Both the position numbers and the translations under genes were made by a program. A stretch of DNA of 63,625 bases, the filler included. It is 4 parts of 4 records of this genome, joined end to end, with 100 filler letters (N's around TTAATTAATTAA, not from the genome) between each part and the next. Parts side by side here need not be neighbours in the genome. Positions count along the whole stretch, not along the records: positions 1 to 15,543 come from SRR22947725_3032; 3 more parts are not named here. One strand, given 5' to 3'. Numbering within the stretch: position 1 is the first letter of the stretch; each line of letters starts with the position of its first letter. Below, in pieces: positions 1 to 9,015 of the stretch. The notes below the pieces were generated by a model, which was not told the origin of the DNA, made no database searches, and saw only the letters and a list, made by a program, of their open reading frames with translations.

Positions 1-282
1 ATTTTTCTTAAACATTTCTAATATTCTGCCGGTAACAGAGAATCCGCCAACTATATTCATAGTCGCAAAGGAGACCCCAATAAGCACAATTGTTTTAAGT
101 AATACATCATCAACTACATTTGGATAAATAAGAATACCTGCAATTAAGGTAATGCCTGAAATTGCATTTGAGCCTGACATGAGAGGGGTGTGTAATGTTT
201 GAGGTATTTTTGAAATCAGTTCATAACCTATAAAACTGGCCATGGCAGTAATTAATAAGGTGTATAGAAAAATCTCAGTCAT
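1..282 (-). CDS. pntA: NAD(P) transhydrogenase subunit alpha part 2 (membrane part), 3' end runs off window
   Basis: Not in ORF track. Manual translation from ATG at 282: MTEIFLYTLLITAMASFIGYELISKIPQTLHTPLMSGSNAISG...NIVGGFSVTGRILEMFKKN. LHTPLMSGSNAISG and GGFxVTxRxLxMF are PntA membrane-domain motifs; overlaps the end of the upstream alpha part 1. Confidence 0.93.
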   Translation of the reverse strand, partial: MTEIFLYTLLITAMASFIGYELISKIPQTLHTPLMSGSNAISGITLIAGILIYPNVVDDVLLKTIVLIGVSFATMNIVGGFSVTGRILEMFKKN

Positions 283-1303
283 GTTTACTCATTTCTTCAA
301 ATATTTCATCTTCTGGATTTTCTTCAAGAAGCTGAACAAGATTTCTAATATTTTCTGAATATAACTTTGTTGCAGCATGTTTTACATTTTTAAGAATATC
401 CATTTCCCCAACAATCTTTACTCCATCTTTTTGAACTACTTTTCCGACTTTTGTAAGTTCACAGTTACCACCTGTTCCTGCAGCTAAATCAACAATAACG
501 GAATTTTTTTTCATTTTAGAAACTGTTTTTTTATCAATTAGTAGTGGGGCTTTTTTTCCAGGTATCTGTGCAAAGGTAAGTACGATATCACTTTCAGTAA
601 CTTGATTGGCTAATGCTTTCTTTAAATCTGCTTCTTCTTTCTTCGTCAACTCTTTTGCATACACGCCATCTTGGGATGTGGAACTTGCTTCTACAAATTT
701 TGCACCAAGACTTTCAACCTGGTCTTTAACATCTGCTCTTACATCATAACCCCAAACACGTGCGCCTAATCTTTTTGCTGTGGCGATAGCCTGTAAACCA
801 GCCACACCTATGCCTAGAATTAATACTTTGGCTGGTGAAATATTTCCTGCTGCAGTGGTCATCATTGGAATAACATTTGATGTCTCTAATGAAGCTCTTA
901 GTACTGATGCATACCCAAGCAGGTTTGCTTGTGATGAAAGAGCATCCATATTCTGTGCTCTTGAAATTCTAGGAAGTTTGAAAAAATCATATAGTGCTAC
1001 ATCTTGCCTTAATTTCATGATTTCTTTTTTTGTCTTTTCGTCAAAGATACCAATAATTTTTGTATTTGGCTTTAGCGATTTAACTATATTGAGGTCTATA
1101 GAGTCAACAAAGCAAACTACATCCATTTGCTGCAATGCTGTTTTATTCAAATTTTTAAGTTTTTTATAGTCTTTTAAATCTAGGTCAAGATTTTTGAATA
1201 TATCTTTCTCTACAAATAATTTTGTTTTGCTATATTTTGTAAGTGAATCTGGATGCAAAGGAGCTCTAAACCCATTTTTGTCTGATAGAAATCCAATGTT
1301 CAT
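275..1303 (-). CDS. pntA: NAD(P) transhydrogenase subunit alpha part 1 (NAD-binding domain I)
   Basis: PRISRAQNMDALSSQANLLGY, GIGVAGLQAIATAKRLGA, IVDLAAGTGGNCELT motifs. Confidence 0.95.
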   Translation of the reverse strand: MNIGFLSDKNGFRAPLHPDSLTKYSKTKLFVEKDIFKNLDLDLKDYKKLKNLNKTALQQMDVVCFVDSIDLNIVKSLKPNTKIIGIFDEKTKKEIMKLRQDVALYDFFKLPRISRAQNMDALSSQANLLGYASVLRASLETSNVIPMMTTAAGNISPAKVLILGIGVAGLQAIATAKRLGARVWGYDVRADVKDQVESLGAKFVEASSTSQDGVYAKELTKKEEADLKKALANQVTESDIVLTFAQIPGKKAPLLIDKKTVSKMKKNSVIVDLAAGTGGNCELTKVGKVVQKDGVKIVGEMDILKNVKHAATKLYSENIRNLVQLLEENPEDEIFEEMSKHD

Positions 1304-1351
1304 TATTTTATTTTATTAGGTTTAAGGGCTATCTATAAATAAACTTAAGTC

Positions 1352-2392
1352 ATGAAAGTTAATATTTACAGTGATAAATTTTCCGGAACACTCTCTGCCT
1401 CTGAAGTGTTGGGAATTATAAAATCTGTATTTAAGAATTCTGATATACAAGCTAAATTTTTTCCAGTAACAGATGGAGGAGAAGGCTCAACGGAAATTTT
1501 TAAGCATTACAACATGCCAATATATCAAACAGTTATGAAAAAAGACTTTGCAGGTAACTGGATACCGGCAGAATCTCTAAGTATTAATAATCAGATTTTT
1601 TTTGAATCTGCATCATTAATAGGAGTGAATAATTCAATACTGCATCCTTATGAGTTAAACACGTCATGCCTATCTCAAATAATAAGAGAGGTTGATGTTT
1701 TAGGTTTGGGGGGTTCTAAAACAGTCGATGGCGGTATCGGGTTATTAAGTTCTCTTGGAATAGATTTTTATTCAGATGAGGAACTAATTACAGACCCAAA
1801 GCCAAAAGATTTTGCACGCATTAGTTCAGTAAAAATTCTTGATTCTTTTACAAATTTGGAAATGAAGGTTTTAACAGATACTGCCATTCCGTTATTAGGT
1901 AATAACTCAGCAATATCAGCATATGGACCACAAAAGGGACTAAATAGAAAAGAAATCACCCAAACTCAAGAACAACTGCAAAGAATATATGAATTACTAG
2001 CTACTGCTCTAAATATTACACTCGATCCGTATGACAAAAATACTGGTGCTGCTGGTGGCCTGTCTTTTGTATTTGAGAAGATTCTTGGGTGTAAAATAAT
2101 TTCTGGTGCAGAATTCTTCCTAAAGGAAACTAGTTTGATTCATAAAATTCCACGCTCTCCAATCACTGTAGTCTGTGAGGGGAAGTTTGATAAAACATCC
2201 CTAAGTGGAAAGGTAGTAGGCGAAATTTTAAGACATGTTTCTGGCGATAGATATTTTTTAGGAGGTCAGTATGATTATATTGATAGTAATGAATTCAATG
2301 GAATTTATGAATGTGGACCCAAGGGTCTATTGAACCCTAAAGAAGAGCTTAAAAATGTCGCAGGCAAACTCTTAGAACAAATTAGTATATAG
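1352..2392 (+). CDS. Glycerate kinase family protein
   Basis: DKFSGTLSA, PVTDGGEG, GLGGSKTVDGGIG, YGPQKG, GAAGGL, EGKFD..SL.GK motifs of the GlxK/GarK family. Confidence 0.88.
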   Translation: MKVNIYSDKFSGTLSASEVLGIIKSVFKNSDIQAKFFPVTDGGEGSTEIFKHYNMPIYQTVMKKDFAGNWIPAESLSINNQIFFESASLIGVNNSILHPYELNTSCLSQIIREVDVLGLGGSKTVDGGIGLLSSLGIDFYSDEELITDPKPKDFARISSVKILDSFTNLEMKVLTDTAIPLLGNNSAISAYGPQKGLNRKEITQTQEQLQRIYELLATALNITLDPYDKNTGAAGGLSFVFEKILGCKIISGAEFFLKETSLIHKIPRSPITVVCEGKFDKTSLSGKVVGEILRHVSGDRYFLGGQYDYIDSNEFNGIYECGPKGLLNPKEELKNVAGKLLEQISI

Positions 2393-2394
2393 AA

Positions 2395-2649
2395 ATGGCA
2401 ATTGTATCCCCATGTATAAACGTATGTGTAACTGATCCAAATAGTGATCTGTGTTACGGGTGTGCTCGTACTACTGATGAGATTAAAAAATGGTCATCCT
2501 ATTCAGATGAAGAACAGAAAAAAGTTGTTGAGATTGGAAGGTCCAGAATGGATGGATGGCAGTTAAAAGCTTTTGATAAAGCCTATAAACAAAAAGTTGA
2601 TACCGGAAAAAGTCCTATAAAAGAACAGAAACTTCTGAACGAAAAATAA
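2395..2649 (+). CDS. DUF1289 family protein (Cys-rich, putative Fe-S/Zn)
   Basis: SPCINVC...CYGCARTTDEIKKW matches the DUF1289 pattern. Confidence 0.85.
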   Translation: MAIVSPCINVCVTDPNSDLCYGCARTTDEIKKWSSYSDEEQKKVVEIGRSRMDGWQLKAFDKAYKQKVDTGKSPIKEQKLLNEK

Positions 2650-2677
2650 TATTGATTAAGTATTTTAGAAATACAGG

Positions 2678-2920
2678 CTACAAAATTTTAAAATACTTTA
2701 AACAACGAATCGCAAAATAAATGAACAATAAAAAACTTACAATAGCAACAATGATTTCTGAGGTACTAACTCCCCTTGGAGCATAAGTAACAAAACTAAC
2801 TATTGCTACAGTACTCCATAAAATCACTTGAATGATTTGTTTCTTTCTTTCTTTTGGGTTTTGCGGATTTTCAAGTTTGTTAAATTTTTGAGAAAGAATT
2901 TTAGCTATGATTTCATACAT
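2678..2920 (-). CDS. Small hypothetical membrane protein (2 TM)
   Basis: 80-aa ORF with two hydrophobic stretches, filling the gap between genes. Confidence 0.6.
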   Translation of the reverse strand: MYEIIAKILSQKFNKLENPQNPKERKKQIIQVILWSTVAIVSFVTYAPRGVSTSEIIVAIVSFLLFIYFAIRCLKYFKIL

Positions 2921-2999
2921 TTTTTATCCAATATTTAGTAAAGTTAGTTTAATTCAATAGTGACTGTTTTGTCTGTACTATCTTAATTCGATCCAGTTA

Positions 3000-3191
3000 T
3001 CAATCATCCCCAAGCCAATTTGGGTTACCTTTATATTCATCTAGGAATTTTTCTTCGTACAAATCATCCATAGAGAGATAAATTTTTTTAGCGATTTTTC
3101 CTATGGTTACAATGCCTTTTTTAAGCAACCATCTATACGGTGCTGAGAATACCTTGTTTTCCCATTTTAAAAATGTCTTCCATAAACTCAT
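3000..3191 (-). CDS. Small hypothetical protein
   Basis: 63-aa ORF; ATG preceded by TAAAAT at 6 nt, the leaderless pattern shared by other genes in this contig. Confidence 0.6.
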   Translation of the reverse strand: MSLWKTFLKWENKVFSAPYRWLLKKGIVTIGKIAKKIYLSMDDLYEEKFLDEYKGNPNWLGDD

Positions 3192-3240
3192 ATTGACATT
3201 TTACAATCTATACAGGTAATGTAAATTTTGGCTACCCCAG

Positions 3241-3329
3241 AAACAGAAAAAGAGAGAATGAAAGGTCCTCTCTTCTGCTGTTTGAAGCTTATAGTGTTGC
3301 AACACTAATTCTTAAAAAGACAGCTTCTT
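3241..3329 (-). ncRNA. Candidate small structured RNA (three-way junction plus intrinsic terminator)
   Basis: -10-like TACTAT (3340-3335). GAAGCU/AGCUUC helix encloses two hairpins (UCUU-UUU-AAGA; UAGUGU-UGCA-ACACUA), followed by GAGAGGA-CCUUUCA-UUCUCUC and UUUUUCUGUUU. Confidence 0.45.
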
Positions 3330-3376
3330 GATAAATAGTACATGGGTGTTTTTTAAAAGGGTAAGGTATTTTTAAT

Positions 3377-3556
3377 TTAATTTTTAGTTTTGCGAGTATT
3401 CAAATAGATAATTAAAAAACTTAGGGTAGCCATACCAGTTAGAAGATTGCCAATTGTAAAAATACCCTCATCGGTACCATAATCTGCCCAGACTCCAGTA
3501 ATAAAAGCTACAAACCAAGTAATTACTGCAAGAAGAGGCCAGTTCCATTTTTTCAT
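3377..3556 (-). CDS. Small hypothetical membrane protein (59 aa, 2 TM)
   Basis: Not in ORF track. Manual translation MKKWNWPLLAVITWFVAFITGVWADYGTDEGIFTIGNLLTGMATLSFLIIYLNTRKTKN*; TAGACT 7 nt before the ATG. Confidence 0.65.
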   Translation of the reverse strand: MKKWNWPLLAVITWFVAFITGVWADYGTDEGIFTIGNLLTGMATLSFLIIYLNTRKTKN

Positions 3557-3569
3557 ATTAAGAAGTCTA

Positions 3570-6500
3570 TCAAGAGTCTTTGCTAACTAATGGGATTGTT
3601 CCTAAATCTTGGTCTAAAATGTCGTCTACGGAGCCAACATAATTTTGATAAGAACCCAATAAATCTTCTTGAACGCCTTTGTTAGGGTGAATTGTGTCAA
3701 AAATATTTGGGTGATTAACAACATTTGGGGCACCTCCACCTCGATACTGCTCTGGTGAAGGATTGATTTCTCTTATCCTAGAAGAATTTGGTCCGTATCC
3801 ATCTTGAGACATCAATATTACACCATAATGCCAATCCTTTGGATTACCTCCTCCCAGTTGATCTTCAATGTTAAGTTTTACAACAATAACTCCCTTATCG
3901 GGGACAACAACAATATCAAATTGGTTTGTAATAAGTTCTGTTTCCCCACTCGGAAGAGCTTTCCAAATTTGAGGTTCCCACCCTTCAATAACAATGTGAT
4001 ACTCCCACCCACTTTTTTCAGGCATTTTTGCAAGTCTATAATTTCCCAATTTGGTCACTCCTGTGTCTGCTCCAAAATCTTTATCAATGTACACATCGAT
4101 AGTTTGTACAGATAGGCTTCTTGGTGAATTCCATGGATTTTTTATGGCACTCAATATATCGAAATTTAAAATTAGACTTCCATCAGCAACTCCTGCTGAA
4201 AATCTTTCAAAGTCATAACTTCCTGGTATAAAAACACCATCAGTTGGATATGTATAGGTGCCCTCTCCGTGATCATCATTGATTGGATCTTCAATGTCTA
4301 AAAAAAGTTCCACATTTGAAACTTCAGGAACAAATAAGGCTAGAGGTCTGGAGGGTTCAATAAAACTATCAAACATATCTGAGTAAAGCCGAAGTTTAAT
4401 TTTATCTCCAAAGCTAAGTGAGCCAAGTTCATCTATTGGAATCTTAAGGTACAATTCATTCCCAAAAGAAGAAACTTCAGTAGTTTCTTTGGTCAAGCAC
4501 TCTGTAGAGAATGTTTTTTCTTTAACGCTTCCCTCATTAGGTAGGTCTCTTTTAGTGCATGTAAAGTATGCGTCATTACTTAGTTTCTCACCCTTATGAA
4601 ATATTGCTTGAGTGGCTTCAATTCCTAAAAATGCCTGATTGGAAAGTCCTCCGTCTTTAAAAGGTACAGAAGATCTTCTAATCTTTGTTCTGGATGGACT
4701 CTCTATATAGATATCTAGATCGGTATATTTCCACGGCTCTGCCTCCTGCATTGCAGACGAAGATTTTTGAATTGAAATATACAAGTGTTCATTAGAGAAT
4801 CTATATTTCATTTTTGAAATAATATCTGAAGTTTCTATCTCTCCGGCATCACTCCAAATATTTTTATTTGTTGAACCATTTAGAAGTAAAGCTTGATTTG
4901 TATCAAGTATTGAATCTGATGGTTTATCGAATAATTTAGCAGTAGGGGAAATAATTGGAATATCCAAGTATGCAGGAGGTTCTTCACCAAGAGCAGCATA
5001 TACATTTTTTAATAGATTTCTAAATGCTGAACCAAAGTAATCATCATTACTACTTGATTGATCGCTTCCATACCACCAGAACCAATCAGAACCTTCTGCT
5101 AATAACATGTAATCAAAAGCTTCTTCAAGCTGTTCGTTAGTGTATTCTCCTGATGTGTTTGACCTATCAAAAAAAGCTCTTGTTTTTTGGAGGTAGTCCC
5201 AAGCGTAAGTTTCTTCGGTCTCACCAATCCATGTAGCAAAATTAGGTTGAAACCAAGAGGCAGGAAATACATTATCTAACTTTTTAATTTGAGGTCCGTA
5301 TTTTTCTATATATTCCGTTGGCGTTGTTGTTTTAAGCCAATCTGTTGTTGAAAGAGTTTCATACATTAGATTTAGAAAATCTATTCCATCATTTTGATAG
5401 TGCTCCCATGCATTTTCACCATCTAGAACTATTGAGACTACCAGTGGTTTATCCATTGTTACGCTAACTTCTCTTGCAGCTTGTAAGGTTTTCATCATAT
5501 CAGCAACTGCCAGCTCGGGAGACATGCCACTATAAGTGAATCCAACTTTATCGGAAATAGATAAGTCCCTAAAAAAGATTGCAACATCATCCTGCCTGTT
5601 AAGTTGACCATACCAAGGGGTGTAAAGTACTTCTGGATTTGTAACGATCCCTTTCGTACTTCTTTTAAAAGTTGGGATATCGAGAGATTTTGACAATACA
5701 TGTTCTCCTGTGGCAATCCATTTAATTCCCTCTTTTGCAAACATACCTAAAACTTCTTGCGACACAGCACCTTCGGCCGGCCACATTCCTGTAGGTCTCT
5801 GACCTAAAAGTTCTTCAGCTAAATCTAGGCCTTTCTCAACCTGAATGGCGGCATCTGTGGGCTTATTAAATCTGTTTGTTGGTAATTCTGCTCCAATATC
5901 TCCTACTGCTGCCAAGTTAGTATCAAATATTAATGGAAGGATTGGGTGAGCGTAAGGCGTGGTTGTTATTTCAATCTGACCAGTTTTCCACAGCTCAGCA
6001 TGAGTTGGAATAACCTTGTCTATCAATTTTGAGTGCTCATTTAAAAGAACAGCTTTATCCTCTTCAGAATAATTTCTTCCTTTACTAACTAATCCCTTTA
6101 AAGGTTCTTGGGCTAAATATTTTGGATCTGTCCAAGCTAAATTAAACATAATTTGTAGATCAAGAAAATCTTGCGCTGACCAAGAGGGCCAATTTTGATT
6201 GTTGTTCCTCAGCTCAACATATCTTGGGAATCTTGCAATAACTTTTGGATTTGTATCGAAAAATCTTGAAACTATAAAAGCTTTGTCATCTTCGGTAAGA
6301 TCTTCTGCATTCGTTTCTGTGTAATACCAATATAGATCTTTTGCACCGTTTGAAAAATCTTCAAGTTGTCTGAGAAGAACTGGTGTAAGATTGAAGGTTG
6401 CTTTCATGTCTGGATAGTCAGCAACTAACTCAACCATATCAAGGTAATCTTTTGTTGCGTGGACTCTTACCCATGGCCTTGTGTAGTAACCATCATCATT

Positions 6501-6680
6501 TTTTGTGTAAAATGGTTGGTGCTGATGCCACATCAACATTACATACAATTCGGGTTCATCCTCGGTGACAGCTTCTATTGTTTCCAAAGAAGTTGTAGTT
6601 GTGACTTTAATTTCTTCATTAGTAGAAGTTTCTCCACAGAATACAAATAGTAGAAAAAATAAAAAAGAAACTTTTTTCAT
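3570..6680 (-). CDS. GH57 amylopullulanase-like protein with C-terminal glucodextranase-C/DOMON-like domain; probable exported lipoprotein
   Basis: GH57 motifs WHQHQP, YAHPILPL, WPAEG (nucleophile) and LDGENAWE (acid/base), EGSDWFWW. C-terminal DPINDDHGEGTYTYPT...NPWNSP...QTIDVYID. N-terminal MKK-hydrophobic-C signal. Confidence 0.88.
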   Translation of the reverse strand: MKKVSFLFFLLFVFCGETSTNEEIKVTTTTSLETIEAVTEDEPELYVMLMWHQHQPFYTKNDDGYYTRPWVRVHATKDYLDMVELVADYPDMKATFNLTPVLLRQLEDFSNGAKDLYWYYTETNAEDLTEDDKAFIVSRFFDTNPKVIARFPRYVELRNNNQNWPSWSAQDFLDLQIMFNLAWTDPKYLAQEPLKGLVSKGRNYSEEDKAVLLNEHSKLIDKVIPTHAELWKTGQIEITTTPYAHPILPLIFDTNLAAVGDIGAELPTNRFNKPTDAAIQVEKGLDLAEELLGQRPTGMWPAEGAVSQEVLGMFAKEGIKWIATGEHVLSKSLDIPTFKRSTKGIVTNPEVLYTPWYGQLNRQDDVAIFFRDLSISDKVGFTYSGMSPELAVADMMKTLQAAREVSVTMDKPLVVSIVLDGENAWEHYQNDGIDFLNLMYETLSTTDWLKTTTPTEYIEKYGPQIKKLDNVFPASWFQPNFATWIGETEETYAWDYLQKTRAFFDRSNTSGEYTNEQLEEAFDYMLLAEGSDWFWWYGSDQSSSNDDYFGSAFRNLLKNVYAALGEEPPAYLDIPIISPTAKLFDKPSDSILDTNQALLLNGSTNKNIWSDAGEIETSDIISKMKYRFSNEHLYISIQKSSSAMQEAEPWKYTDLDIYIESPSRTKIRRSSVPFKDGGLSNQAFLGIEATQAIFHKGEKLSNDAYFTCTKRDLPNEGSVKEKTFSTECLTKETTEVSSFGNELYLKIPIDELGSLSFGDKIKLRLYSDMFDSFIEPSRPLALFVPEVSNVELFLDIEDPINDDHGEGTYTYPTDGVFIPGSYDFERFSAGVADGSLILNFDILSAIKNPWNSPRSLSVQTIDVYIDKDFGADTGVTKLGNYRLAKMPEKSGWEYHIVIEGWEPQIWKALPSGETELITNQFDIVVVPDKGVIVVKLNIEDQLGGGNPKDWHYGVILMSQDGYGPNSSRIREINPSPEQYRGGGAPNVVNHPNIFDTIHPNKGVQEDLLGSYQNYVGSVDDILDQDLGTIPLVSKDS

Positions 6681-6685
6681 CTAGA

Positions 6686-8068
6686 TTATTTTAAAGGCTC
6701 AAGCTTGGCTGTAAAGTGTCTGAGGAGTTTTGGTTGTTCTGTAATCTTATACCCTTTTAAGTTATCTTTTCTCTCAGCTAGCTTTTCTAAAACCTCTGCA
6801 ACATAATCAAAATGGCTCTGAGTGTAAGTTCGTCGAGGTGCAGCAAGTCGTACTAACTCATGAGTTGCTGGCGTATCAGGATCTCCATTTTCACCTGCCA
6901 CCCCAAATGCCAAAGTACCCAACTCAACACCTCTGACTCCACCAATAAGATATATTTCACAGGCAACAGCATGACCAGGATATTGGTGAGGTGGAATGTT
7001 TGGAAGGAATGTTTTGGCATCAATATATAGTGCATGACCACCAGCTGGTTGTACAACTGGAATACCATACTCAATAGCTTTTTCAGCTAGATAAGAAATA
7101 GATCTTGCTCTGTATTCGAGATAATGTCTGTCAGTTATTTCTTTCAAACCTTGGGCTAGAGCATCCAGATCTCTGCCTGCAAGACCTCCATAGGTTGGAA
7201 ATCCTTCAGTTAAAATCAATACATTTCTTGCTGCTTCCGCAAGAGCATCGTCATTAAGTGCAAGAAGCCCACCAATATTACCAAAACCATCTTTTTTGAG
7301 ACTTATTGTACATCCATCTGCCAATCGAAATGCTTCTTTAGCTATATCTCTAATTTCAACATCTTTATATGAATCTTCCCTTTGACTTACAAACCAAGCA
7401 TTTTCAGCAAATCGACATGCATCAAGTAAAAACATTTTATTGTATTTTTCACAGAGAACCTTTACAGCTTTTAGGTTTTCCATTGAGACCGGCTGTCCCC
7501 CGCCAGTATTGTTGGTGATTGTCATTAAGACGAATGGAACCTTATCACTATCTTCACTTTCGAGTAGCGCTTCTAATTTATTTAAATCTATATTGCCTTT
7601 AAATGGTGAGGATGCGAGTAAATCAAGTCCCTCTTCACACAGCAAGTCTACTGGTGTTGCGAGTGCAGCTTCAAAGTTTGCCCTTGTTGTATCAAAATGA
7701 CTGTTACTAGGAATAATGTCACCTTCTTTTACCGTAATAGTTGCAAGAATTTTCTCACTGGCTCTTCCCTGGTGGGTTGGGATAATGTGTTTATATCCTG
7801 TTAAATCTGAAACTACCTCATTAAATCTCTGCCAAGAGTGTGAACCTGCATATGCTTCATCCCCTCTCATTATTGCAGCCCATTGTTCAGAGGACATTGA
7901 ACCTGTTCCTGAATCAGTAAGTAAATCAATTGTCACCTCTTGGGACTGAAGACCAAAAAGATTCCAGCTTTCTCTTTCAAGGAATTCTTTTCGCTGTTCC
8001 GGTTTAGTTATTGCTAACGGTTCGACTGACTTTATTTTGAATGGTTCAATTATTGTTTTAAATTCCAT
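6686..8068 (-). CDS. tnaA: Tryptophanase (tryptophan indole-lyase)
   Basis: IEPFKIKSVEP, DLLTDSGT, THQGR, SLKKDG (PLP lysine), GFPTYGGL. C-terminal LRHFTA has His (tryptophanase type), and VELG lacks the tyrosine phenol-lyase Arg. Confidence 0.88.
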   Translation of the reverse strand: MEFKTIIEPFKIKSVEPLAITKPEQRKEFLERESWNLFGLQSQEVTIDLLTDSGTGSMSSEQWAAIMRGDEAYAGSHSWQRFNEVVSDLTGYKHIIPTHQGRASEKILATITVKEGDIIPSNSHFDTTRANFEAALATPVDLLCEEGLDLLASSPFKGNIDLNKLEALLESEDSDKVPFVLMTITNNTGGGQPVSMENLKAVKVLCEKYNKMFLLDACRFAENAWFVSQREDSYKDVEIRDIAKEAFRLADGCTISLKKDGFGNIGGLLALNDDALAEAARNVLILTEGFPTYGGLAGRDLDALAQGLKEITDRHYLEYRARSISYLAEKAIEYGIPVVQPAGGHALYIDAKTFLPNIPPHQYPGHAVACEIYLIGGVRGVELGTLAFGVAGENGDPDTPATHELVRLAAPRRTYTQSHFDYVAEVLEKLAERKDNLKGYKITEQPKLLRHFTAKLEPLK

Positions 8069-8108
8069 AAAATGAGTTTACATAAAAAAAACGGATATCA
8101 TTATTCCT

Positions 8109-8585
8109 ATGGTAGATATTCATAAAACAGTTAAAAATCTTTATCAAGATAATCAAGATTTACTTGAACTATTTGAATGTGAGGATGCCTTTTCGGACAC
8201 CCAAAGCTTTTGTGATCATTATGGTTATAAAATAGAGGATTCGTGTAATGCGATACTGATAAAATCAAAAAAACCAGAAGAGTTTTATGCCTTATTTTGT
8301 GTCCTTGGTGTCGACAGATTAGATGTTAATCATAAAGGCAAGTCTGTATTGAATGCAAAAAAACTAAGCTTTGCATCTAGGGAGGAAGCTGAATTATTAA
8401 CAGAACAGACGTATGGTGGAATAAGCCCACTTGGACTGCCAGAAAATATAAAAATTTATATTGATAAGAATGTCATGTCTAGGGAAAAAGTTTTTATAGG
8501 CGGAGGTAATAGAGTAACTAAATTTTTTCTCTCTCCTGAAACACTAGTTACCTTGACTAACGCAACTGTTGAAGATTTAACTTAA
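8109..8585 (+). CDS. YbaK/ProX aminoacyl-tRNA deacylase (editing domain) family protein
   Basis: SFAS.EEAE.LT..TYGGISPLGL, IYID, FIGGGNR motifs. Confidence 0.85.
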   Translation: MVDIHKTVKNLYQDNQDLLELFECEDAFSDTQSFCDHYGYKIEDSCNAILIKSKKPEEFYALFCVLGVDRLDVNHKGKSVLNAKKLSFASREEAELLTEQTYGGISPLGLPENIKIYIDKNVMSREKVFIGGGNRVTKFFLSPETLVTLTNATVEDLT

Positions 8586-9011
8586 TCCATCCCTGCATAA
8601 ACTTGCAGCCTGAGGTGCGAGAGCTTTTCCTCCAACACCTGGAAATCTACCAGCTTGTAGGTAGTTCTTTAAAAAAGATCTTACATTTTGAAAATCATCT
8701 TCGCTTATCTCTTGGGGAGTTGTTAAGACACTAAATGAATCTGGAAGATAGCTGTATAAAAAAGATTGCTGTTGGCTGTCTAGTTTTTCGACATACTGAG
8801 AAAGTAAATCTATTGTGACATCATAGTCATCAATTACGTTGATACAATTTTCATATTCAGCCACGCTTAGAGGACTTACGTCGACATCATACTCAGCTCT
8901 GTATTGGAAAACTAAGATTCCTAAAATAAATAGAAGGGTTCCATAAAAAAGAATCTTTATTGGAAAGAGCAATACTTTTTTTATTGGCCATAAAATAGCT
9001 TTAAGAATCAT
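8577..9011 (-). CDS. Hypothetical membrane-anchored protein
   Basis: N-terminal hydrophobic anchor and two Cys; follows the amidinotransferase gene. Confidence 0.65.
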   Translation of the reverse strand: MILKAILWPIKKVLLFPIKILFYGTLLFILGILVFQYRAEYDVDVSPLSVAEYENCINVIDDYDVTIDLLSQYVEKLDSQQQSFLYSYLPDSFSVLTTPQEISEDDFQNVRSFLKNYLQAGRFPGVGGKALAPQAASLCRDGLS

Positions 9012-9015
9012 ATGT

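Noticed and set aside
3193-3308. Plus-strand TTGACA-N18-TAATGT promoter and 16-aa ORF MKGPLFCCLKLIVLQH
   Set aside because: The TTGACA falls in the spacer of the minus-strand leaderless promoter for 3191, and G-U pairing favours the minus strand. Antisense transcription is not excluded but is unsupported.
3230-3431. 8-bp long-range inverted repeat GGCTACCC...GGGTAGCC suggesting a 200-nt RNA or MITE
   Set aside because: The right arm lies inside the 59-aa ORF (codons M-A-T-L); no target-site duplication or second copy seen; plausibly chance.
6686-8068. Tyrosine phenol-lyase assignment
   Set aside because: LRHFTA (not LRFFTA) and VELG (not MERG) indicate tryptophanase.
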